NCBI GenBank assembly: GCA_964442545.1
Contig: CAYUAN010000249.1
Coordinates: 1-32,523 of the forward strand
Source: an uncultured Prolixibacteraceae bacterium
Lineage (GTDB): Bacteria > Bacteroidota > Bacteroidia > Bacteroidales > UBA1556
Direction of reading: 5' to 3'
Length of the DNA stretch: 32,523 nt
Position 1 is the first letter of the stretch. Every line of letters begins with the position of its first letter. The notes beneath the pieces were generated by a model that was not told the origin of the DNA, did no database searches, and saw nothing but the letters and a program-made list of their open reading frames with translations. Of the stretch, positions 9,456-17,373 are shown piece after piece. The position numbers and the translations under genes are program-made.

Positions 9456-12400
9456 ATGGAAAAGAAATCCGATCATAAAGACAGCATTGTGCGGAATTTT
9501 CGCTTGACAACCGCTGCGATTAACAACCGGAATACAGTTTTGTTGCTAACATTGATTCTGGCTGTTTACGGCCTGATTACTTACATCAATCTCCCGAAAG
9601 AAAGTTTTCCGGATATCAGTATTCCCAAGGTGTTTGTAAAAACGGTTTATCCGGGAAACCCGCCGGTGGATATGGAAAACCTGATTACCCGGCCATTGGA
9701 AAAAGAATTCAAAACCATTAAAGGAGTTAAGGAAATACGCTCGGTTTCATCACAGGACAATAGCGATATCATCGTGGAGTTTAAAAGTGATTATGATATC
9801 AAAAAGGCCTTGCAGGATATAAAAGACGCTATTGACAATGCCAAAAGCGACCTGCCCGATGATCTGAAAATGGACCCGATAGCCAATGAATTGGATGCTT
9901 CGGAATTCCCGATTTTGAGCATCAATCTTTCCGGTGATTTTAGTATCGAGGAGCTGAGAAATATTTCAGAAGATTTAAAGGATGATATTGAAGCCCTGCC
10001 GGAAATTTCAAAAGTGGATATCAAGGGTTTAAACGACAGACAGATTAATATCAATATCGATCAGGCCAGGATGACGGCAAATAATGTCAGTTTTAAGGAT
10101 ATTGAAAATGCCATTAAGTTTGAAAACCTTTCCATGTCGGGTGGTGAAATCGTAACCGACCAAACCACGCGTGCCGTGCGTATTGACGGGGAATTCAAGG
10201 ATGTGAGCGAGATGAATGATATTATCGTTAAGCACGAAAAAGGAAATATAGTTTATCTGCGCGATATCATTAAAGGCGGTAAAGTGGTGGACGGCTACGT
10301 GGACCCGCTGACCTTCGCCCGCCTTGACGGCGAAAAGGTGGTGTCGCTGTCCGTAGTGAAAAAAAGCGGTGAGAACCTGATTGACGCTACAGTCAAGATT
10401 AACAAGGTGCTGGATGAATCCAAGGCTTCCGGACTGATTCCGGAAAACATGAAGATGGTGATTACCAACGATATGTCGGATGTGGTAAAAAAATCCGTGA
10501 GTAATCTGGAAAACAGCATCATTATGGGGATGATCCTGGTAATCTCCGTGCTGTTTTTCTTTCTCGGCCTGCGAAACGCGCTCTTTGTCGGGCTTGCCAT
10601 TCCCATGTCGATGCTGACCTCTTTTGTAGTTATCGGTATGTTTGGCTATACCATTAATATGATGATATTATTTGGTTTAGTCTTGGCATTGGGTATGTTA
10701 GTAGATAATGCAATTGTGGTTGTCGAAAATGTTTATCGTTTTATAGACAGAGGTTATAGTGTATTCGAAGCTACGCGGCAGGCCGTTGGGGAAATTGCCT
10801 GGCCGATTATAGGCTCTACGGCAACTACACTGGCGGCATTCTTACCCTTAATTTTTTGGCCGGGCCTGGTGGGAAGTTTTATGAGTTTGCTCCCTAAAAC
10901 ATTGATTATAGTATTAACGTCCTCCTTGTTTGTAGCCTTGGTTATTGTGCCTACGTTTATTGTAATGCTGGTAAAGGAAGGTAATGAGGAGCATCCGCCG
11001 CGAAAGAAACGCATGTTTGTCACTTTGGCGATAATGGCGGTTTTCATTGGTGCAGGCTATGCAATGGGTGTTTCCTGGCTGGCAAACTTCACCATTTTTA
11101 TGGCTATTTTGGTTGTTGCCAATTATTTATTTCTCTACAATTGGAGCAAGAAGTTTCAGACAAATTTCTTAAGCTGGCTGGAGGCTTATTATTTGCGGGT
11201 ACTCAATTGGGCATTGTCCGGCCGTAAGCCGCGTATGTTGCTGGGCGGCGGTTTCGTTTTATTAGTCGTGACCATGATATTTTTTGGTGCTGCGGGCGGA
11301 AATGTGATTTTCTTCCCGAATAACCAACCGCGCTACCTGAATGTAACGATGAAACTTCCCATTGGTACCGATATCGATTCTACCAATCGTTTCGCCTTTT
11401 CTATCGGGCAAAAAATTCAACGGATGTTGGAGCAGGATACCAGCATTATTAAATCCATTTTGACTACGGTTGGTAAAGGGGCTGTCGGAGAACGAGAGCA
11501 GAGCTTTGGGAATAACCCCGAAAAAGCCTTGATAACCATAACTTTTATTGATTTTGATTTGCGGATGAACCACCGATCGTCCACCGAAATTATGAAAGAG
11601 CTTTCGGACTCCTTGATTGGGCAATATCCGGGCGTGCAAATTTCCGTGGAGAAAAACAAAATGGGACCACCCACCGGAAAGCCTGTAAATATTGAAGTTA
11701 CAGGTAAAGATTATCCCACATTAATCGCCCTGACGGATTCCATTATGGCTTTTATCGAAAATGCCGATGTGCCCGGAATAGAAGAATTAAAAAAAGACCT
11801 GGACAACGGAAAGCCTGAAATAATTATTAATATCGACCGGGAAAAAGCACGCCGCTTTGGAATGTCCACAGGACAAATCGCCGAGAGTATCCGTACTTCT
11901 TTGTTTGGCAAGGAGGTGAGCGACTTTAAGGATGGCGAGGATAAATACCCGATACGGGTGCGCTTGTCGAAAGAAGACAGGAATCGCATTACCAATCTGT
12001 TTAATCAAAAGATTTATTTCCGTAATAAGCAGGGAAAAGCTATGGAAATTCCTATATCTTCCGTGGCCACTTTGCAATACAGCAACACCTATGGCTCGGT
12101 AAACCGTAAGGATTTGAAGCGGAATATTACCATTTATTCCAATGTGTTGGAGGGCTATAATGCCAATATAATAAACGGACAGTTGAAAACCCTCTTGCGT
12201 GGTTTTGACCTGCCCGAGGGCTATTCCATCAGCTTCACGGGTGAGCAAAAAGACCAGGCCGAATCAATGGATTTTATGATCAAGGCCCTGACTATCGCCA
12301 TTGCTTTGATTTTCCTGATTCTGGTTACCCAGTTCAATTCCTTTGCCAAGCCCTTTATCATCATGATTAGCGTGCTGTTCAGCACGATTGGCGTTTTTGG

Positions 12401-12890
12401 CGGTTTAGCTACTTTCAAAATGGATTTTGTGGTAATTATGACCGGTATTGGTATTATCTCCCTTGCCGGAATTGTGGTAAACAATGCCATCGTATTAATA
12501 GACTATATCGACTTGCTCAAAAATCGCCGGAGGGTAGAGCTGGGGATGCATCTGGAAGATGACTTGCCTATAGAGGAAAGTATCAGCTGTGTTATTGAAG
12601 CCGGAAAAACCCGTTTGCGTCCTGTATTGCTGACTGCCATTACCACGGTTTTGGGATTGGTACCGATGGCTATTGGAATGAATATCGATTTTGGCGGCCT
12701 GCTGAACGACCTAAGGCCTAACCTCTATTTCGGTGGCGAAAATGCCGACTTCTGGGGTCCGATGGCTTGGACCGTAATCTTCGGATTGACCTTTGCCACC
12801 TTTATGACCCTGATACTTGTTCCCGTAATGTATGTGGTGGGAAATAAGATTAAACTGGGCATAAAGAAGATGGTCAGCGGGGGGAAATAA
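9456..12890 (+). CDS. Efflux RND transporter permease (AcrB/CzcA superfamily), 1144 aa
   Basis: Full-length RND architecture with two large periplasmic loops and conserved TM4/TM10-type segments (LALGMLVDNAIVVVEN and LAGIVVNNAIVLIDY). I place the start at the ATG at 9456, after the adaptor stop. Confidence 0.9.
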   Translation: MEKKSDHKDSIVRNFRLTTAAINNRNTVLLLTLILAVYGLITYINLPKESFPDISIPKVFVKTVYPGNPPVDMENLITRPLEKEFKTIKGVKEIRSVSSQDNSDIIVEFKSDYDIKKALQDIKDAIDNAKSDLPDDLKMDPIANELDASEFPILSINLSGDFSIEELRNISEDLKDDIEALPEISKVDIKGLNDRQININIDQARMTANNVSFKDIENAIKFENLSMSGGEIVTDQTTRAVRIDGEFKDVSEMNDIIVKHEKGNIVYLRDIIKGGKVVDGYVDPLTFARLDGEKVVSLSVVKKSGENLIDATVKINKVLDESKASGLIPENMKMVITNDMSDVVKKSVSNLENSIIMGMILVISVLFFFLGLRNALFVGLAIPMSMLTSFVVIGMFGYTINMMILFGLVLALGMLVDNAIVVVENVYRFIDRGYSVFEATRQAVGEIAWPIIGSTATTLAAFLPLIFWPGLVGSFMSLLPKTLIIVLTSSLFVALVIVPTFIVMLVKEGNEEHPPRKKRMFVTLAIMAVFIGAGYAMGVSWLANFTIFMAILVVANYLFLYNWSKKFQTNFLSWLEAYYLRVLNWALSGRKPRMLLGGGFVLLVVTMIFFGAAGGNVIFFPNNQPRYLNVTMKLPIGTDIDSTNRFAFSIGQKIQRMLEQDTSIIKSILTTVGKGAVGEREQSFGNNPEKALITITFIDFDLRMNHRSSTEIMKELSDSLIGQYPGVQISVEKNKMGPPTGKPVNIEVTGKDYPTLIALTDSIMAFIENADVPGIEELKKDLDNGKPEIIINIDREKARRFGMSTGQIAESIRTSLFGKEVSDFKDGEDKYPIRVRLSKEDRNRITNLFNQKIYFRNKQGKAMEIPISSVATLQYSNTYGSVNRKDLKRNITIYSNVLEGYNANIINGQLKTLLRGFDLPEGYSISFTGEQKDQAESMDFMIKALTIAIALIFLILVTQFNSFAKPFIIMISVLFSTIGVFGGLATFKMDFVVIMTGIGIISLAGIVVNNAIVLIDYIDLLKNRRRVELGMHLEDDLPIEESISCVIEAGKTRLRPVLLTAITTVLGLVPMAIGMNIDFGGLLNDLRPNLYFGGENADFWGPMAWTVIFGLTFATFMTLILVPVMYVVGNKIKLGIKKMVSGGK

Positions 12891-12915
12891 TTTGCGTTTG
12901 AATGAGATTTAATTC

Positions 12916-12949
12916 AAAGCCGGAGAAATTACTTCGGCTTTGTGTTTTT
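12916..12949 (+). terminator. Intrinsic terminator after the efflux operon
   Basis: AAAGCCGGAG / CTTCGGCTTT stem with one G-U pair on the + strand, followed by GTGTTTTT. Confidence 0.6.
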
Positions 12950-12995
12950 ACCACAATCATTTGTTGAAAAACAGTAAAAAGCCATAGGGCCGCTC

Positions 12996-14609
12996 TTGAA
13001 AAATATAAATACTTTTAGTCGGCAATTTCAAAACAAACGATTAGAATTTAATACATTGAGATATATACTTTTAGCATCATTTATTTTCGTCTTTACCTGG
13101 CGTGCCGCTGCCCAGCAAAATGTAAAGCAATCCGCAGATTATTATCTGAATTTCTGGAAAACCAATCTGGACAGTCTGTGCGACAGCTGGGTCGTAAAAC
13201 AGCAGTTTACACCCGTCCCGCCCAAAATACAGGCCGAAATCAGCAGCCCGGTGATTATTACCGAGCAAAACTGTGGCGGCTATGTGGCTGTGCTGCACCC
13301 CAAAGACTTTTACCGCCGCAATCCGCGTGTGCGAGAGATACTGACTTATTATTTGCAACAAAAAAGCCGGCTGGAAATAGCATTTTCCTACCGGCAGTCG
13401 CTGGATGCTATTTTTATCCCCGAACTAAAAAAAGCGGGCCTGCCCGAAGAGTTGAAAAACCTGCCGATTGCCTTGTCGGCCATGAATAATAAAGCCATCG
13501 GCAAAACCGGGGCCGGCGGACTGTGGCAAATAATGTATGCCAACGGCCGGCGGCAGGGCTTGCGCATCGATTCGTATGTGGATGAGCGGCGCGATGTACG
13601 CGTGGCGGCAAAAGCGGCGATCGCCGAGCTGAAGTTCTATTACGGGCTTTACCAAAACTGGGAACTGGCTCTTGCGGCCTACACTTGTGGTGCAACCAAT
13701 GTGAATAAGGCCATCCGCCGCAACGATAACCAAAAAGATTTTTACGCCATTTACCAATCCCTGCCCGATTTTGGCCGCGATGTGGTGCCGGCCGTTACCG
13801 CCATCAGCATTATCGAGCAAAACAAAAAAACATTCGAGTTGAATATCCCCGAATGGAAACTGAATATTCCCGTTGATACGGTGGAGGTTTCGCAGCGTCT
13901 GCATTTCGCACAGCTGGAGGCGATTCTGGATATTCCGATTGAAGAGCTGCGTTATCTGAACCCCAAATATAAATTTGATATCGTGCCTGCCATCGACGAG
14001 GTCTTTCATATTTTATTGCCCGCCGGCAAACTGGCCGGATTTAACGCGCTGGAAGATTCCATTTACCACTACAAAGACACCATCCTCTTTAATCTGAAAA
14101 AGCCGGTGGTTTTGCCTCCGCCATCCAAAGGAAGCCATTATTCACGTTACCAGCCCGAACTGCCGCCCGACAATAGTACACTGTTGTACTACACCATCAA
14201 ATCGGGTGATAATCTGGGTTATATAGCCTCCTGGTACGGGGTGAAAGTGCGGCAGATTGAGGATTGGAATAATATTTACGACCCGCGCCGCCTGAAACTG
14301 GGCCGGAAACTAAAAATTTATGTGCCCGAAGATAAGGCGGATTATTATCGTCCGGTGGACAAACTCAGTTTTGCGGAAAAGCAAAAGCGTGTGGGACGCA
14401 CGGTTTCCGCCAAGCAAGCACAGGCGCAAAAACAAGAACCGCTTGGCCCGGATTTTTTCTGGTACACGGTGAAGCCGGGGGAATCGCCCTATATCATTGC
14501 CAAGAAATATCCCGGCGTAAGTGCCGACGATATCATGCGTTGGAATAATATTAAGGACCCGCGTTATATTAAGGCCGGGCAGAAACTGAAAATCAAGAGA
14601 GTGAAATGA
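12996..14609 (+). CDS. MltD-like protein: family-1 lytic-transglycosylase (SLT) fold plus two C-terminal LysM domains; catalytic Glu apparently absent
   Basis: SLT motifs GLWQ and AYTCG are present, and two LysM repeats are visible (YYTIKSGDNLGYIASWYGV... and WYTVKPGESPYIIAKKYPGV...). The E-S catalytic motif position reads L-S (LPIALSAMN). The start is uncertain. There is no in-frame ATG, so the candidates are the TTG at 12996 and the TTG at 13056. The latter would give MRYILLASFIFVF..., a cleaner signal peptide. Confidence 0.75.
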   Translation: MKNINTFSRQFQNKRLEFNTLRYILLASFIFVFTWRAAAQQNVKQSADYYLNFWKTNLDSLCDSWVVKQQFTPVPPKIQAEISSPVIITEQNCGGYVAVLHPKDFYRRNPRVREILTYYLQQKSRLEIAFSYRQSLDAIFIPELKKAGLPEELKNLPIALSAMNNKAIGKTGAGGLWQIMYANGRRQGLRIDSYVDERRDVRVAAKAAIAELKFYYGLYQNWELALAAYTCGATNVNKAIRRNDNQKDFYAIYQSLPDFGRDVVPAVTAISIIEQNKKTFELNIPEWKLNIPVDTVEVSQRLHFAQLEAILDIPIEELRYLNPKYKFDIVPAIDEVFHILLPAGKLAGFNALEDSIYHYKDTILFNLKKPVVLPPPSKGSHYSRYQPELPPDNSTLLYYTIKSGDNLGYIASWYGVKVRQIEDWNNIYDPRRLKLGRKLKIYVPEDKADYYRPVDKLSFAEKQKRVGRTVSAKQAQAQKQEPLGPDFFWYTVKPGESPYIIAKKYPGVSADDIMRWNNIKDPRYIKAGQKLKIKRVK

Positions 14610-16078
14610 AACCGCTGAAAACACTGGCTTTCTTTCTTCTGGTGGGCGCCTTTTTGCTGCCTGCCGTATTATTGTTTCCCGAAGAGGGTATCGAAATGGG
14701 GCCTTTTAAATTGCAAATGATGACCCTGGATGATATTTTTGCCAAGGACACCGTGCAATATGCCGATATCAGCGATTTGATTCAAAACGGTTTTGATGAA
14801 GATTCCCTGCCCGATATTACCGAGATGCTTCCGCCGGCTGCCGATAGCGTGGAAATTCCTTTGGAGGAAGATACGGTGCGTGCCGATGCCGCGGCCCTGG
14901 CGGCAAGCGTTTATCGCCTGGAATTTCCCAATGGCGACAAAAGCATACTGAATACCTTTTTCAAATCGCTGGATCAATTGGCGGCGGGTAAAAAAGAGCT
15001 TGTGCGGATTCTTCATTATGGCGATTCGCAGATTGAGGGCGACCGCATCAGTAGTTATATTCGCAATAAGCTGCAAACCAAATACGGGGGAACGGGTCCC
15101 GGATTATTGCCCGCCCTGCAACCCTACGAATCGTATTTTTCCATTACGCAAACCAACGAAGGCGATTGGCGTCGCTATGCCGTTTTCGGGCGTAAAAATC
15201 CTGAGGTGGAACATAAAAGTTATGGCGCTTTGGCGGCATTTTCCCGTTTTGCACCCATCGTCCCCGATTCGCTCTTTAAAGATTCGGTTTTATATACGGC
15301 CGCTGTGAATTTCAGCGAGTCCAAGGTGGCTTATTCACGGGTGCGTACGTTCCAAAAAGTGCAGATTTTTTATGGCAATGCGAAACGTCCGGTGGAAGTC
15401 AGTTTATGGGTGGACGAGGTGGAAGTGTATCGCGACAGCCTGAAAGCGGATGTTGATTATGCCCGCTTCAGTTACGTTTTGCCGCAGGCGACAAAAAATC
15501 TGAGCATTAAATTCAGCGGCTACGACAGCCCCGACATTTACGCGATTTCCCTGGAAAGCCTTTCCGGAATTAGTTTGACCAATATCGGTATGCGGGGCAG
15601 CTCGGGAACCGTGTTTAACAAAATGGAATACGGACACCTGAATCGAATGTATGCCGACCTCAACGTGAAATTGTTTATTCTGCAATTTGGCGGAAATGTA
15701 ATGCCTTATATCAAAGATTCTTCGGAAGCGATTAGTTACGGACGATGGTTCTACAGCCAGTTGCGCAGTTTGAAAAAAATGCGGCCCGATGCTTCCTTTG
15801 TGGTTATCGGCCCCTCGGATATGTCGTACAAAGTGAAGGATAAATACCTTACGTATCCTTTCCTTCCATTGGTGCGCGACGAATTGCGCAAAGCCACGCT
15901 CAAAGCGGGATTTGCCTATTGGGATATGTTTGAGGCGATGGGCGGATACAACTCGATGCCCTCGTGGGTAAATGCCGATCCCGCACTGGCCGGAAGCGAT
16001 TATACGCACTTCACTCCGCGCGGGGCCAAGCTGATTGCCAATATGTTTTATAATGCTTTGATGATTGAGAAAAAATGA
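14606..16078 (+). CDS. SGNH/GDSL-family hydrolase or acyltransferase with N-terminal membrane anchor (Ape-like architecture)
   Basis: Block I is HYGDSQIEGD, with the Ser141 codon at 15026-15028. Block II-like is IGMRGSSG, block III is QFGGN and block V is DYTHF. About 180 aa are inserted between blocks I and II. The ATG overlaps the upstream stop (ATGA at 14606-14609). Confidence 0.75.
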   Translation: MKPLKTLAFFLLVGAFLLPAVLLFPEEGIEMGPFKLQMMTLDDIFAKDTVQYADISDLIQNGFDEDSLPDITEMLPPAADSVEIPLEEDTVRADAAALAASVYRLEFPNGDKSILNTFFKSLDQLAAGKKELVRILHYGDSQIEGDRISSYIRNKLQTKYGGTGPGLLPALQPYESYFSITQTNEGDWRRYAVFGRKNPEVEHKSYGALAAFSRFAPIVPDSLFKDSVLYTAAVNFSESKVAYSRVRTFQKVQIFYGNAKRPVEVSLWVDEVEVYRDSLKADVDYARFSYVLPQATKNLSIKFSGYDSPDIYAISLESLSGISLTNIGMRGSSGTVFNKMEYGHLNRMYADLNVKLFILQFGGNVMPYIKDSSEAISYGRWFYSQLRSLKKMRPDASFVVIGPSDMSYKVKDKYLTYPFLPLVRDELRKATLKAGFAYWDMFEAMGGYNSMPSWVNADPALAGSDYTHFTPRGAKLIANMFYNALMIEKK

Positions 16079-17373
16079 TGAATGGCCTGCGACTGACCGG
16101 TTTAGTTCTGTTGCTGATGTTGTCGGCAAGGCTCTCCTTTGCCCAATATTACGAATATCCTTTCCCGATTAGTCATTACGACTTTGTCAATTACGACAGC
16201 AGCCGTATCGAATATCCCGGCGGGGAAGGCGCTTTAGACCGTTTTTACCAACGCCTGTCGGAGGTGGTGCTCGAAGGAAAAGGGCAGGTAAATATTGTGC
16301 AAATCGGAGGTTCGCATATTCAGGCCGATATGATGTCGGGCGAGTTGCGTACCCGTTTTCAATCATTCGAAGGCGGCCAAAATGCGGGGCGGGGCTTTGT
16401 GTTTCCCTACCGTTTGGCACGTACCAATACGCCTTTTGGTTATCATTTCGAATACAGCGGTAAATGGTCCACTTGTCGCAATGTGGAGAAAAAACGGGTG
16501 TGCCGCCTGGGCATGGCCGGAATTAGTGCCTATACTACCGATTCGGCAGCTTCGTTGGCTGTTTGTTTCGAGCCCGAAAACGATATTAAATACCGCTTTA
16601 ACGCCTTGAAAGTGTATCACGATACCGGGCCGGATGCCTTTGCCGTGCAGATTGACAGCAATTTGCTCGATACCTTGTGGGTGGATACTCTGGGTGGTTT
16701 TACGCAAATTGTATTGAAGGATTATCTGGATAGTTTGGGGATGCGTTTTGTTAAAACCGACAGTTTGCAAAATGGGTTTATGCTGTACGGAATGAATCTG
16801 GAAACGGATGAGCCCGGCATTGTTTTTCATAATCTGGGAATCAACGGCGCGGCGACGACTTCTTTCTTGCGTTGTCAATTGCTGAGTGCGCAACTGGCTA
16901 CGCTGAAACCCGACCTGGTTATTCTCGGGCTGGGCATTAATGATGCCTATGGCAGAAATTTCAGTCAGCGTGAATATGAGCGTAATTACGAACAGCTGGT
17001 AGGCGAGATTCGCAAAGCCAATCCCGATGTGTGCATTTTGTACACCACGAATAACGACAGTTATATCCGGCGGCGCTATTTGAACCGGAACGGAATAAAG
17101 GTACAGCAAAGCATGAAGCGGCTGGCCAAAAAGCAGGACGCGGCCCTTTGGGATATGTTCGAAGTGATGGGCGGCCTCAATTCCATTGTGCGCTGGCAGC
17201 GTTACGGCCTGGCCAAAGCTGATCGCATTCACTTTACACGGCCGGGCTATTTACTGATGGGCGATTTGATTTTTGACGCGCTCATTCGCGATTTTGGCGA
17301 TTATCTGCAACGACAGTACGATTCCGCCGAACAAGCCAATCTGTTGAACCCGAAAAACGGCAACCGAAGATGA
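16075..17373 (+). CDS. SGNH/GDSL-family hydrolase or acyltransferase, secreted (paralog of the preceding gene)
   Basis: It has a signal peptide. Block I is QIGGSHIQAD (Gly replaces the usual Asp), block II-like is LGINGAAT, block III is LGINDA and block V is DRIHF. It carries the same large insertion between blocks I and II. There is an ATGA overlap at 16075-16078. Confidence 0.75.
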   Translation: MMNGLRLTGLVLLLMLSARLSFAQYYEYPFPISHYDFVNYDSSRIEYPGGEGALDRFYQRLSEVVLEGKGQVNIVQIGGSHIQADMMSGELRTRFQSFEGGQNAGRGFVFPYRLARTNTPFGYHFEYSGKWSTCRNVEKKRVCRLGMAGISAYTTDSAASLAVCFEPENDIKYRFNALKVYHDTGPDAFAVQIDSNLLDTLWVDTLGGFTQIVLKDYLDSLGMRFVKTDSLQNGFMLYGMNLETDEPGIVFHNLGINGAATTSFLRCQLLSAQLATLKPDLVILGLGINDAYGRNFSQREYERNYEQLVGEIRKANPDVCILYTTNNDSYIRRRYLNRNGIKVQQSMKRLAKKQDAALWDMFEVMGGLNSIVRWQRYGLAKADRIHFTRPGYLLMGDLIFDALIRDFGDYLQRQYDSAEQANLLNPKNGNRR

